From an uncultured Intestinimonas sp. (GTDB lineage Bacteria > Bacillota > Clostridia > Oscillospirales > Oscillospiraceae), in contig CALWYC010000001.1 in the NCBI GenBank assembly GCA_944385655.1, positions 1,212-65,211 on the forward strand: a stretch of 64,000 bases of DNA, written 5' to 3'. Both the position numbers and the translations under genes were made by a program. Shown here in pieces: positions 42,027 to 52,272 of the stretch. Below the pieces are notes generated by a model. It saw only the letters and a list, made by a program, of their open reading frames with translations. It searched no databases and had not been told where the DNA came from. Each line of letters starts with the position of its first letter. Within the stretch, counting starts at the first letter, position 1.

Positions 42027-42182
42027 TTGTCGGCCCTGTATCCAGGCGACTCGTATATATTAGCATGCTTCTTTCAGAATTGCAAGCCTTTTTTTCAAAT
42101 TTCTCAAAAATTTTTTCCAGGCTCCGAAGCGCCGGGAAAAACGCCCCGGGGCCTGCTTCCGCTTCTCCTTGATTTTCAGGGC

Positions 42183-43130
42183 TCACGGCGTGCCGTAAGC
42201 CGCCAGGCGGGCCGTGAGATGGTCCACAAACCGGTCCCGGTCCACTCCGGTGATCAGCTCCACGTTGGGGCCGTGGGGGGACTTTGCGTCGCTGTAGGCA
42301 TCGGTCACCGTCCTGCCCCGGGTGTGCCTGCCCTGGCACTCCACACCCACCCAGCAGCGCACACCGGTGAAGAGCTCCGGCTCCAGGGCGTACATCATGG
42401 CGCAGGGATCGTGCATGGGGGCGCCGGGCACCAGGAACTTCTGGTGCCACTCCACCCCAAAGCCCATGGTCTTGGCCGCGAAGACGGCCTGGGGCGTCCC
42501 CAGGGCCTCCAGCCGGTCAATCTCCTCCTGGGTAAAGTAAGCCTTGTGGGTCACGTCCAGCCCGCACATAACGATAGGGATGCCGGACCGGAAGACCAGG
42601 TCCGCCGCCTCCGGGTCGGCGTAGATGTTGTACTCCGCCGCCGGGGTGGTATTGCCGAAGTCGGTGGCGCCCCCCATGAGGACGATCCGTTTGACGTGCT
42701 CCGGCAGGTCGGGGTACTTGGTCAGGGCGATGCCCAGGTTGGTCAGCGGTCCGGTGGCCACGATCTCCAGCTCGCCGCTGTGCGCCAGGGCCATTTCCCA
42801 CATCACGTCCCAGGCCGCCCCCTCCGACAAGGGAAAGGCGGGCTCCGGTGTGGGCACCCCCAGCAGGCCGTCGGCCCCGTGGACCTCGTCCGCCGTCACC
42901 ACTTCCCCGAACATGGGGCCGGCGGCTCCGGCGTGGACGGGAACCTCCGTCCCGGCCAGGGTGAGGACCCTCCTGGCGTTGCGGCTGGTCTTGTCCAGCC
43001 CCACGTTGCCCGCCACCGCCGTCACCGCCAGCAGCTCCAGCTCCGGGGCGTGGGCCGCCAGCAGCAGGGCCACCGCGTCGTCGATGCCGGGATCACAGTC
43101 CAGGATCACCGGTCGTCTCTTTTCAGCCAT
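42183..43130 (-). CDS. Inosine/uridine-preferring nucleoside hydrolase
   Basis: DCDPGIDD, TGPLTN, MGG, AEYNIYADP, MHD. Confidence 0.93.
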   Translation of the reverse strand: MAEKRRPVILDCDPGIDDAVALLLAAHAPELELLAVTAVAGNVGLDKTSRNARRVLTLAGTEVPVHAGAAGPMFGEVVTADEVHGADGLLGVPTPEPAFPLSEGAAWDVMWEMALAHSGELEIVATGPLTNLGIALTKYPDLPEHVKRIVLMGGATDFGNTTPAAEYNIYADPEAADLVFRSGIPIVMCGLDVTHKAYFTQEEIDRLEALGTPQAVFAAKTMGFGVEWHQKFLVPGAPMHDPCAMMYALEPELFTGVRCWVGVECQGRHTRGRTVTDAYSDAKSPHGPNVELITGVDRDRFVDHLTARLAAYGTP

Positions 43131-44076
43131 GCTCCTTCCCTCCTCTGCCGTAAGAGGCTGCGGCTTCGGTCAGCAGGCCCACGAATCCCGCCCGGTCCAG
43201 GCCCAGGATGACCCGAGCGTTGGGGGCATGGCCCGACAGGTGGTACCGGTCGCCGATGGTGGCGCCCCGGCAGTAGGTACCCCCGGTCTCCACCACCACA
43301 TACATCTCCTCCATATGGAAAAGCTCCGGGGCAATGAGGGCGGCCACTGCCACCGCGTCGTGGACGGGAGCACCGGCGTAGCCCAGCTCCCGGTGGAAGC
43401 CGTAGAAGAACTCCAGCCAGTCGGCCACCACCGAGGCCACCGGATTGCCCAGGGCCCGGATGGCCGCAAAATCTTCCGGGAAGACCAGAGCCTGCTCGGT
43501 CACGTCCAACCCCGCCATGGTGATAGACACTCCGGAGCGGAACACCAGATCGGCGGCCTCCGGGTCCACCAGAATGTTGAACTCCGCCGCCGGAGTCCAG
43601 TTCCCATGGGTGACGCCGCCCCCCATCATGGAGATGCCGGCGATCTTCCCCTTTAGGTCGGGACGGGTGAGGAGAAGGCTGGCCACATTGGTGAGCGGGC
43701 CGGTGGGCACAATGGTCACCGGCTCCGCGCTCTCCTCCAACACCTTGGCCATAAGGGCGCAGGCGGGCAGGTCCACGGGGAAGACGACGGGCTCCGGCAG
43801 GACGGGGCCGTCCAGGCCGGAGTCACCGTGGACGCTGGGGGCGGCCATGGGCTCCCCGGTCAGCGGGCGGGGACGGCCCTTGGCCAGGGGTGCGTCGATC
43901 CCCAGCAGGGTCATGACCCGCTGGGCATTGTAGGTGGTCTTGTCGATGGTCTGGTTGCCGCAGACCGAGGTGACGCCCCGGATCTCCAGCAGGGGCGAGG
44001 ACTGGGCCAGCATCCAGGCCATGGCATCGTCATGGCCCGGGTCGCCGTCCAGCAGAATGGGGATGGGTCTGGTCAA
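43123..44076 (-). CDS. Nucleoside hydrolase (RihA-like)
   Basis: DGDPGHDD, VHGDSGLDG, GNWTPAAEFNI, VHD; TTG start with RBS GAGGAGG. Confidence 0.93.
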   Translation of the reverse strand: MTRPIPILLDGDPGHDDAMAWMLAQSSPLLEIRGVTSVCGNQTIDKTTYNAQRVMTLLGIDAPLAKGRPRPLTGEPMAAPSVHGDSGLDGPVLPEPVVFPVDLPACALMAKVLEESAEPVTIVPTGPLTNVASLLLTRPDLKGKIAGISMMGGGVTHGNWTPAAEFNILVDPEAADLVFRSGVSITMAGLDVTEQALVFPEDFAAIRALGNPVASVVADWLEFFYGFHRELGYAGAPVHDAVAVAALIAPELFHMEEMYVVVETGGTYCRGATIGDRYHLSGHAPNARVILGLDRAGFVGLLTEAAASYGRGGKEHG

Positions 44077-44102
44077 GTCGGGACCTCCTCTTGCCTTGCG
44101 GC

Positions 44103-45059
44103 TCACAGCTGGCCGCTCATGGCCTGGTCGAAGTGCTCGTTGATCTGCTGGGTAAAGGCCTGGGCGGCATTGTAGCCCATCTTCTTGTGGCGGTTGTTCA
44201 TGGCAGCCACCTCGACAATGATGGCCAGGTTCCGGCCCGGCTTCACCGGCACGGTGAGGGCGGGAACCTTCACGTCCAGGATCACGGTGTAGAGCTGCTC
44301 CAGACCCAGGCGGTCGTACATGGTCTCGTCGTTCCACTGCTCCAGGTTGACCACCAGGTCGATGTCCTGGTCCTCGCGGACGGCGGACATGCCGAAGAGC
44401 TGCTGCACGTCCACCACGCCGATGCCCCGCAGCTCGATATAGTGGCGGATGAGCTCAGGGGCGGAGCCCACCAGGCGCTTCACGCCCACCCGCTTGATCT
44501 CCACGGCGTCGTCGGCCACCAGCCGGTGTCCCCGCTTGACCAGCTCGATGGCGGTCTCGCTCTTGCCCACGCCGGACTCACCCAGCAGCAGCACACCCTC
44601 GCCGTAGACCTCCACCAGCACACCGTGGCGGGTGATCCGGGGCGCCAGGTAGTTGCGGAGGGCCAGGATCAGGGCGCCCATGAAGGCCGTGGTGGTCTCC
44701 TGGGTGCGGAGGATGGTGCGGTCGTACTTCTCCGCCATCTCCATAAGCTCCGGGAAGGGCTCCATGCCCCGGGTGATCACCAGGGCGGGGATGTCGTGGG
44801 CCAGGAAGGCGTCAAAGCACTTGCGCCGCTCCTCGGCGCTGATCTGCTCCAGGTAGGTGCTCTCCACCCGGCCCAGCAGCTGCATCCGCTTGGCGTCAAA
44901 GTAGTCGAAAAAGCCCACCAGCTGCAGGCCGGGACGGTTCACGTCCTCCCGCTGGATGAGCACGTCCTGGTAGTTCTCCACGCCACGGAGGACCTCCAGG
45001 TCGAATTCCTCGATGAGCTTGCCCAGCTTGACGGAATAACGGTTCTCCACTGCCACCAC
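44103..45059 (-). CDS. hprK: HPr kinase/phosphorylase
   Basis: NRPGLQL, GESGVGKSE, GHRLVADD, GRNLA. Confidence 0.97.
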   Translation of the reverse strand: MVAVENRYSVKLGKLIEEFDLEVLRGVENYQDVLIQREDVNRPGLQLVGFFDYFDAKRMQLLGRVESTYLEQISAEERRKCFDAFLAHDIPALVITRGMEPFPELMEMAEKYDRTILRTQETTTAFMGALILALRNYLAPRITRHGVLVEVYGEGVLLLGESGVGKSETAIELVKRGHRLVADDAVEIKRVGVKRLVGSAPELIRHYIELRGIGVVDVQQLFGMSAVREDQDIDLVVNLEQWNDETMYDRLGLEQLYTVILDVKVPALTVPVKPGRNLAIIVEVAAMNNRHKKMGYNAAQAFTQQINEHFDQAMSGQL

Positions 45060-45274
45060 TCCTTATCATAGCACTGCCTTTCGCGCCCTCCCGGGCGCTT
45101 TTTCCATTTCAGTATAACCGACTTCCCCCCGTTTCGCAACGGCTATTCCGGCCCATCGGAATTTTGCGGAGAAAATCGAAATTAGCCCTTGCATTTTTCC
45201 AAGAAATCTGCTATCATATCATTCGATGCTTTGTTATGAGCGAAACTTTGACCAGCGAGGAGGTTGAAGGAATC

Positions 45275-45463
45275 ATGGCCAAATGCGAGTTTTGCGATAA
45301 GGGCGTTGTGTTCGGCATCCAGGTGTCCCACTCTCACCGCCGTTCCAATCGTCCCTGGAAGCCCAATGTGAAGCGCGTCAAGGCGATCGTCGACGGCAGC
45401 CCGAAGCACGTGTACGTCTGCACCCGCTGCCTCCGTTCGGGTAAGGTCACCCGCGCTGTGTGA
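45275..45463 (+). CDS. rpmB: 50S ribosomal protein L28
   Basis: MAKCEFCDKG..VSHSHRRSNRPWKPN..VCTRCLRSGKV. Confidence 0.97.
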   Translation: MAKCEFCDKGVVFGIQVSHSHRRSNRPWKPNVKRVKAIVDGSPKHVYVCTRCLRSGKVTRAV

Positions 45464-45472
45464 CTGTTGGAT

Positions 45473-45565
45473 AAAAAATTCCGCACGACATGGGTCGCGC
45501 GGAATTTTTTTATGACTGCACCGTGAAAAATGAGCCCTCCGGCAGCGCCGGAGGGCTCATTTTTC
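45473..45565. terminator. Back-to-back terminators of rpmB and gpsA
   Basis: AAAAAATTCCGC..GCGGAATTTTTT and AAAAATGAGCCCTCCGG/CCGGAGGGCTCATTTTT inverted repeats. Confidence 0.8.
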
Positions 45566-45573
45566 TTATCACG

Positions 45574-46575
45574 TTATACCCAGCTGTCCTCGATCTCGTG
45601 CTTCTTGGCCCGGGTCATGAGCTCCACCAGCACGTCCCTGGGGTCCTTGCCCTCGTAGAGGACGGAGTAGGCCGCCTCGGTGATGGGCATCTCCACCCCC
45701 AGCTTCTCCGCCAGCTCCTTGCCGGTGGCGGTGGCGTAATAGCCCTCCACCACGGCGCCGATCTGCTTGAGGGCCTCCTCCACCGGCACGCCCTGGCCGA
45801 TGAGGATGCCGCAGCGGCGGTTCCGGGAGTGCATGGAGGTGCAGGTGACGATGAGGTCGCCCACGCCGGTGAGGCCGGCGAAGGTCTCCTTCTTCCCCCC
45901 CATGGCCATGCCCAACCGGGCGATCTCGGTGAGGCCACGGGTCATGAGGGCAGCCTTGGTGTTGTCGCCGAAGCCCATGCCGTCACAGCAGCCGGCGCAC
46001 AGAGCGATGATGTTCTTCAGGGCGGCACCCAGCTCCACGCCCACGATGTCGGGAGAGGTGTAGACCCGGAAGCGGCTGTTCATGAAGCAGTCCTGGACCA
46101 GCTCGGCGGCCTTCTGGTCCTTGGAGGCGGAGACCACCGCCGTGGGCACCCGCCGGCCCACCTCCTCGGCGTGGGAGGGCCCGCACAGTGCCACCACCGG
46201 ATAGCCGGGCCCCAGCTCGGCCTCAATGACGTCGGTGAGGGTCATGGAGGTGTCCTTCTCGATGCCCTTGGACACCGACACCACCACGGTGCCCGGGTCC
46301 AGCAGTCCCTTCAGGCTGCGGGCGGTGGTGCGCACCGCGAAGGAGGGGGTGGCCAGCACCACCATGGGGCAGCCCTTCACACAGGCGAGGTCGCTGGTGA
46401 GGCCGAGGGCCTCCGGCAGGGGCACTCCCTTGAGCATGGGGTTCTCATGCTGCTCCTGGAGGACCCTGGACTCCTCTTCGAAGTAAGACCACAGCTTCAC
46501 ATCGTTGCCGTTTTCCAGCAGCACCAGCGCCAGGGCCGTGCCCCAGCCGCCGCTGCCCAGGACCGCTGTTTTCAT
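45574..46575 (-). CDS. gpsA: NAD(P)H-dependent glycerol-3-phosphate dehydrogenase
   Basis: GSGGWGTA, GPSHAEEV, LKNIIA, GDLIVTC..SRN. Confidence 0.97.
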   Translation of the reverse strand: MKTAVLGSGGWGTALALVLLENGNDVKLWSYFEEESRVLQEQHENPMLKGVPLPEALGLTSDLACVKGCPMVVLATPSFAVRTTARSLKGLLDPGTVVVSVSKGIEKDTSMTLTDVIEAELGPGYPVVALCGPSHAEEVGRRVPTAVVSASKDQKAAELVQDCFMNSRFRVYTSPDIVGVELGAALKNIIALCAGCCDGMGFGDNTKAALMTRGLTEIARLGMAMGGKKETFAGLTGVGDLIVTCTSMHSRNRRCGILIGQGVPVEEALKQIGAVVEGYYATATGKELAEKLGVEMPITEAAYSVLYEGKDPRDVLVELMTRAKKHEIEDSWV

Positions 46576-47252
46576 TGGGTTCCCTCCTTCTTCTTATGCA
46601 GGCTGAACTTGGATTCCGTTCCGCTGAGGATGCGCTTCAGGTTGCCCCGGTGCTTCCACACGATGAGGCCGCCGATGATGATGGACAGGACCAGCAGGAA
46701 GAGGTCCTGATAGACGAACCAGGTGGCAAAGGGGAAGGACGCTCCCGCCCAGATGGAGCCCAGGGACACCCATTTGGTGAGCACGGCCAGAATGAGGAAG
46801 CCGCCCCACACCACCAGGGCCACCCGCCAGTCCAGCATGAGGGCGATGGTGCCGCCGGAGAGGATGCCCTTGCCGCCCTTGAAGTGGAACATACAGGGGA
46901 ACATGTGGCCCAGCAGGCAGAAAAGGCCGGCCCAGTATTTACCCAGAACCGGACCCATCCAGCCGCCTGCCACCGTACCGATGACCAGCGTTCCGATCAA
47001 AACGGCGAGAACCGCCTTGACGACGTCGCAAAGGATGACCACAAAGGTCAGCCCTCCGCCAAAGACGCGGTAGAAGTTGGTGAGACCGGCATTGCCGCTG
47101 CCGTGGTTGCGGATGTCATTGCGGAGGATATACTTGGAGACGATGACCGCGCCGTTGAAGCACCCCAGGAAATAGGCTGCTGCCGCCACTGCCAAAAAAA
47201 CGCCGGCCAGCAGGACATGGCTTTGAAAAATTTCTGTATCCATCGGAGTCAC
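46572..47252 (-). CDS. plsY: Glycerol-3-phosphate acyltransferase
   Basis: DIRNHGSGNAG, GHMFP..FKGGKG, HRGNLKRI. Confidence 0.95.
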   Translation of the reverse strand: MTPMDTEIFQSHVLLAGVFLAVAAAAYFLGCFNGAVIVSKYILRNDIRNHGSGNAGLTNFYRVFGGGLTFVVILCDVVKAVLAVLIGTLVIGTVAGGWMGPVLGKYWAGLFCLLGHMFPCMFHFKGGKGILSGGTIALMLDWRVALVVWGGFLILAVLTKWVSLGSIWAGASFPFATWFVYQDLFLLVLSIIIGGLIVWKHRGNLKRILSGTESKFSLHKKKEGTQ

Positions 47253-47255
47253 CTC

Positions 47256-48590
47256 TTACCCCTCCTTGTCGCCCTTCTGCCGGACGGTGAGACGCACCGG
47301 CGTCCCCTCCAGGCCGAAGGTGGCTCTGATCTGGTTTTCGATATACCGCTGATAGGAGAAATGAAAGAGCTGTGCGTCGTTGCAGAAGCAGACGAAGTGG
47401 GGGGGCTTCACCCCCACCTGGGTCATATAGAAGATCTTCAGCCGGCGGCCCTTGTCCGTGGGGGGCTGGACCCGGGCGGTGGCGTCGGCCAGGAGGGTGT
47501 TGAGCATGCCGGTGGTGATGCGCATGGCCGCCTGGTCGTTGACGTAGTTGATGAGCTCGAAGATGCGGTTCACCCGCTGGCCGGTGAGGGCGGAGATGAA
47601 GACGATGGGGGCATAGGTCATATAGGAGAGGTCCCGGCGGACGTCCTCCCGCATGCGGTCCATGGTCTTGTCGTCCTTCTCGATGGCGTCCCACTTGTTG
47701 ACCACGATGATGCAGGCCTTGCCCGCCTCGTGGGCCAGGCCGGCCACCTTGGTGTCCTGCTCGGTGACCCCCTCGTTGGCGTCAATGAGGATGAGGCAGA
47801 CGTCGCTGCGCTCGATGGCCATGGTGGCCCGGAGGACGGAGAACTTCTCGATGGGGTCGTCCACCTTGGACTTCTTCCGCATGCCGGCGGTGTCGATGAA
47901 GAGGAACTTTCCCTTCTCGTTTTCAAAATAGCTGTCCACGGCGTCCCGGGTGGTGCCCGCCATGTTGCTGACGATGACCCGCTCCTCCCCCAGGATGCGG
48001 TTGATGAGGGAGGACTTGCCCACGTTGGGCTTGCCGATGACGGCCACCTTCACCACGTCGTCAGGGGTGTCGTCGTCCTCCTCGGCGGGGAAGTACTGGA
48101 GACAGGCGTCCAGCAGGTCGCCGGTGCCGTGGCCGTGGACGGCGGAGACGGCGATGGGGTCGCCCAGGCCCAGGTTGTAGAACTCATAGATGTCCGGGTT
48201 GGTGGCGCCCACCTGGTCCATCTTGTTCACCGCCAGCACCACCGGCTTCCGGGACCGCAGGAGCATGTTGGCCACCTCCTGGTCGGAGGCGGTGAGGCCG
48301 GTCTTGATGTCACAGAGGAAGACGATGACCGTGGCGTTCTGGATGGCGATCTCCGCCTGCTTGCGCATGAACGTGAGGATCTCGCTGTCGGTGCCCGGCT
48401 CGATGCCGCCGGTGTCCACGATGTCGAAGGTGCGGCCGCACCACTCCGCCTCGGCGTAGAGCCGGTCCCGGGTGACGCCGGGGGTATCCTCCACGATGGA
48501 CAGGCGCTTGCCCACCAGCTTATTGAACAGCATGGACTTTCCCACGTTGGGGCGTCCCACGATGGCGACCAAAGGCTTCATTGGCGGCAC
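47256..48590 (-). CDS. der: Ribosome biogenesis GTPase Der
   Basis: Two G domains (GRPNVGKS, GKPNVGKS) plus KH-like C-terminus. Confidence 0.97.
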   Translation of the reverse strand: MPPMKPLVAIVGRPNVGKSMLFNKLVGKRLSIVEDTPGVTRDRLYAEAEWCGRTFDIVDTGGIEPGTDSEILTFMRKQAEIAIQNATVIVFLCDIKTGLTASDQEVANMLLRSRKPVVLAVNKMDQVGATNPDIYEFYNLGLGDPIAVSAVHGHGTGDLLDACLQYFPAEEDDDTPDDVVKVAVIGKPNVGKSSLINRILGEERVIVSNMAGTTRDAVDSYFENEKGKFLFIDTAGMRKKSKVDDPIEKFSVLRATMAIERSDVCLILIDANEGVTEQDTKVAGLAHEAGKACIIVVNKWDAIEKDDKTMDRMREDVRRDLSYMTYAPIVFISALTGQRVNRIFELINYVNDQAAMRITTGMLNTLLADATARVQPPTDKGRRLKIFYMTQVGVKPPHFVCFCNDAQLFHFSYQRYIENQIRATFGLEGTPVRLTVRQKGDKEG

Positions 48591-48610
48591 ATCCTTTCTA
48601 TCGATACTCC

Positions 48611-49978
48611 TTACGGATTATATTGGTAATATTCCTCCTCCGGCGGGAGGGCGCGGCCCACGTGCTCCGCCGGCTGTCCGAAGACGGCGTCCACCAGGTC
48701 GAAGCCGCTCTCCTCGTCCAGGGGGATGATGGGGACGCCCAGAGCCGCCTGGGCCTCCTCCACCGTCACGTCGTCCAGGAAGACCCGCTCCCCGGACCGG
48801 AGCATGTTGGCGGGGATATAGAGCGCCCCCCCCAGCTCCGCCCCCCTGAGCTGCTCCACCAGGTCCGCGCCGGTGATGAGGCCGGACACGGTGATGGTCT
48901 CGCCGAAGAAGCGGTTGCGGATGGGATAGACGTTCCCCTTTATTTTATCGCATTTTTCCCGGCACATGTCAACGATTTCCCGGATAAAGGGGGCCGCTGA
49001 TACACCGGTGGCCACGGAAAAGGCGGGGGGCGCCGCCGCCGGGTCCTGGTCCTCCAGGGCCAGGGCGGCCTGACTCTGGAGGAGCCGCAGCATGCCCACG
49101 CCGTTTTCCAGCTGGGCCATGTCCTCATAGTAGGGCTTCTCCGGCAGCGTCCGCCCGGCGATGAGGTAGAACTCGTCGGAGCACCAGGCCAGGGCGGTGC
49201 CGTGCGCCGCCCGGAAGCCGGCGGCGAAGGCCTCCACCTGGTCGATGAGGGCCGCGGCCTGGTCCGGCGTATAGGGGTCGATATGGCACAGGCCCTCCCG
49301 GAATTTGGTCACTCCCACCGGCACCACCGCCACGCTGTTCACCTGGGGATAGAGCCCTCCCAGCTCCCGCAGGGTGCGGTCCAGAGCGGGGCCATCGTTG
49401 ACGCCGGGGCAGGCCACCACCTGGCAGTTCATCTCGATGCCCGCCGCGGCCAGCCGCTCCATGACGGCCAGGCACTCCCCCGCCCGGGGATTTTTCAGCA
49501 TGGCGGCGCGCAGCTCCGGGTCGGTGGCGTGGACGGAGATGTTCACCGGGCTCACCCGCAGATCGCAGATCCGCTGGATCTCCCGCTGGGAGAGGTTGGT
49601 GAGGGTGATATAGTTGCCCAGCAGGAAGGAGAGCCGGGCGTCGTCATCCTTAAAATAGAGGGTCTTCCGCATCCCCGGCGGCATCTGGTCCACGAAGCAG
49701 AAGATGCACCGGTTGGCGCAGGACCGGGCCCGGTCCATGAGGTAGGTCTCAAAGTTGAGGCCTAGGTCCTCCCCCTCCTCCTTCCGCAGCTTCACCGTCC
49801 GCTGCTGGCCGTCCTCCCCCTGGAGCTTCAGGGTGAGCCTGGCGTCGTAGCCGTAAAACTTGTAGTCCAGCACGTCCACCACCCGGTGGCCGCTGATCTC
49901 CAGCAGGGTCTCGCCGGGACGGACCCCCGCTCGGGCCGCCGGACTGCCGGCATCCACGGACTGTATCTTGGTGCTCAC
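48611..49978 (-). CDS. PDZ plus radical-SAM-like DUF512 protein
   Basis: CANRCIFC, LYFKDDD, QLENGVG; conserved position upstream of der. Confidence 0.9.
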   Translation of the reverse strand: MSTKIQSVDAGSPAARAGVRPGETLLEISGHRVVDVLDYKFYGYDARLTLKLQGEDGQQRTVKLRKEEGEDLGLNFETYLMDRARSCANRCIFCFVDQMPPGMRKTLYFKDDDARLSFLLGNYITLTNLSQREIQRICDLRVSPVNISVHATDPELRAAMLKNPRAGECLAVMERLAAAGIEMNCQVVACPGVNDGPALDRTLRELGGLYPQVNSVAVVPVGVTKFREGLCHIDPYTPDQAAALIDQVEAFAAGFRAAHGTALAWCSDEFYLIAGRTLPEKPYYEDMAQLENGVGMLRLLQSQAALALEDQDPAAAPPAFSVATGVSAAPFIREIVDMCREKCDKIKGNVYPIRNRFFGETITVSGLITGADLVEQLRGAELGGALYIPANMLRSGERVFLDDVTVEEAQAALGVPIIPLDEESGFDLVDAVFGQPAEHVGRALPPEEEYYQYNP

Positions 49979-50315
49979 AGGCTCACATCCTTAACTGTTT
50001 CTTGTCCTATTGTACCCGAATCGCGGGCAAAATGGAAGGGGAAAACCCCGTTGCCCCGTCTTCCACTCACCGGGCTCAGGGGGACGGATCCTTCGCTTCG
50101 CTCAGGATGACGGGGAGATGCGGGCAAAAAGAAAGAGGGGTTACGAGCCGGACATTTCCTGCGGGAAATGTATAGCGCTTCGCGCCCGGCTCTTCCGGAA
50201 GGAACCAGTTCCCCCCGGAGCCCCCCCTCCGCTCTCCGAGGGGACGGGAGTTTTTCTCCCATACCTCTCAAGGCAAAAAGAAAGAGGGGTTGCCCCCTCG
50301 TTTCTTTTTGCCTGT

Positions 50316-50516
50316 TTAGTTGGCCTTGGTCTCGGTGGTCTCCACCTTGCCGAACTCGCGGCCATTGTAAGTCATGCAGGACTTGCACAGCCGGTGGGGC
50401 AGACGGTAAGCGCCGCACTTGGGGCACTTGTTGAGGCCGGGGGTCTCCAGCTTCCACACGGAGCTGCGGCGCTTGTTCCGGCGCTGCTTGGATACTTTAG
50501 ACTTAGGGACTGCCAA
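50316..50516 (-). CDS. rpmF: 50S ribosomal protein L32
   Basis: AVPKSKVSKQRRNKRR..CPKCG..PHRLCKSC; TTG start with RBS AGGAGG. Confidence 0.95.
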   Translation of the reverse strand: MAVPKSKVSKQRRNKRRSSVWKLETPGLNKCPKCGAYRLPHRLCKSCMTYNGREFGKVETTETKAN

Positions 50517-50556
50517 TTGTGACACCTCCTTGATACCCTGCATGGGTACTGCTAGT

Positions 50557-51066
50557 TTACTCGCTCTCTTTGTCCTCCAGAAGCTTGGCAAGCACTGCCA
50601 GCCGGGGGTCTACCTCGGGCTTGCACCGGCACGGTTCCGTGTTGAGGTCAACGCCGCAGCCGGGACAGATGCCCTTGCAGTCCTCTGAGCAGAGGTTCTT
50701 GCTCTCCATTGCGAGGACGAACGCCGTGGTCGCCACGTCGTCCAGATCCACCTCGTCCCCATCCAGCAGCACGATCTCGTCGTCGCTCCGCTCGTCGGCC
50801 AGTTCCTGGGCCAGCAGCGTCTCCAGACGGACCGTCTTCTCCCGGGCGTAGGGTTTCGCGCACCGGTCGCAGACCAGATGGAGCGTGGTGGCGGCCGTCC
50901 CCTCCAGCACCAGCGCACCCGCCATGTTCCGGACCTGTCCGGTCACCAGGACCGGCTGGTCGATGGGATGGGCGCCGCCGAACTCCAGGTCGGAGAGATC
51001 CAACTCGTAGGAGAAGGGGCAGACGCCTCCGGGCACGTGGATGATGTTTTTCAGGTCAAGTCGCAT
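50557..51066 (-). CDS. YceD/DUF177 protein
   Basis: CDRC..LCSEDCKGICPGCG..C.C..DPR; upstream of rpmF. Confidence 0.92.
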   Translation of the reverse strand: MRLDLKNIIHVPGGVCPFSYELDLSDLEFGGAHPIDQPVLVTGQVRNMAGALVLEGTAATTLHLVCDRCAKPYAREKTVRLETLLAQELADERSDDEIVLLDGDEVDLDDVATTAFVLAMESKNLCSEDCKGICPGCGVDLNTEPCRCKPEVDPRLAVLAKLLEDKESE

Positions 51067-51191
51067 GGCACACCTCGCATAATGGCACGACAAATATTAT
51101 AGTCAAGAGTTTTGTCAATGTCAAATACTTTCTTCACTTTTTTTCTAAAATATGATACAGTGTATGCAACTACCACAACCGGGAGGTCCCC

Positions 51192-52172
51192 ATGAGAGAG
51201 TTTACCGTGACAAAAAACGACGCCGGGCAGCGCCTGGACCGCTGGCTGGGCAAGACCCTGCCCCTCCTCCCCGCTCCCCTGGCCCAGAAATACATCCGCC
51301 TCAAGCGGGTGAAGCGCAACGGAAAGGGCGCCAAGCGGGACGTCCGCCTGGCGGAGGGGGACCTGCTCCAGCTCTATATCAACGACGAGTTCTTCGACGC
51401 CCCCGCCCCGGAGAACGCCTTCCTCTCCGTCTTCAAGCCCCAGCTGGACATCGTCTACGAGGACGAGCACATCCTCCTGGTGAATAAGCGCCCCGGCCTG
51501 CTGGTCCATCCCGACCAGGGGGAGTACGTCAACACCCTCATCACCCACATCCAGGCCTATCTTTACCAAAAAAAGGAGTGGGACCCCCGGCAGGAGCACG
51601 CCTTCACCCCCGCCCTGTGCAACCGCATCGACCGGAACACCGGCGGCATCGTCATCGCCGCCAAGACCGCCGAGGCCCTGCGCATCATGAACCAGAAGAT
51701 CAAAGACCGGGAGATCGAGAAATACTATCTGTGCGCCATCCACGGCCGCATGGACCCGCCGGAGGGCAGGCTGGAGGGCTACCTCTCCAAGGACGAGAGC
51801 AAGAACCAGGTCACCGTCCACAAGACGCCGGTGCCCGGCGGCCGGACCGCCGTCACCCTCTACAAGACCCTGAAGGTGCAGAACGGCCTCTCCCTGGTGG
51901 AGTGCGAGCTCATCACCGGCCGCACCCATCAGATCCGCGCCCAGTTCGCCGCCGCCGGCCACCCCCTCCTGGGGGACGGCAAGTACGGCCGCAACCGGGA
52001 CAACAAGCGCTACGACCGGAAATTCCAGGCCCTCTGGTCCTATAAACTGGTCTTTTCCTTCACCACCGACGCCGGTGTTCTGGAGCCCCTGAACGGGAAA
52101 AGCTGGCAGGTGGAGCAGGTGGATTTCGTGGAGGAATATTTCCCCCGTCAGCCCCGGAAAAATACCCTGTGA
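51192..52172 (+). CDS. RluA/RluC-family pseudouridine synthase
   Basis: S4 domain QRLDRWL, NRIDRNTGG, TGRTHQIR, GDGKYG. Confidence 0.95.
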   Translation: MREFTVTKNDAGQRLDRWLGKTLPLLPAPLAQKYIRLKRVKRNGKGAKRDVRLAEGDLLQLYINDEFFDAPAPENAFLSVFKPQLDIVYEDEHILLVNKRPGLLVHPDQGEYVNTLITHIQAYLYQKKEWDPRQEHAFTPALCNRIDRNTGGIVIAAKTAEALRIMNQKIKDREIEKYYLCAIHGRMDPPEGRLEGYLSKDESKNQVTVHKTPVPGGRTAVTLYKTLKVQNGLSLVECELITGRTHQIRAQFAAAGHPLLGDGKYGRNRDNKRYDRKFQALWSYKLVFSFTTDAGVLEPLNGKSWQVEQVDFVEEYFPRQPRKNTL

Positions 52173-52272
52173 AATTCCGGGAAATCCATTGACATTTCAG
52201 GGGATACATTATATATTGTAGCTTGCGATTTCCTGTCGGAATCCGGCCATCTTTTGGAGAGGAGGGTGATAA

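Noticed and set aside
42183-44076. Tandem nucleoside hydrolases as prophage cargo or a defence system
   Set aside because: They lie on the host side of the tRNA, have host-like codon usage and are co-oriented with hprK; ordinary salvage paralogs.
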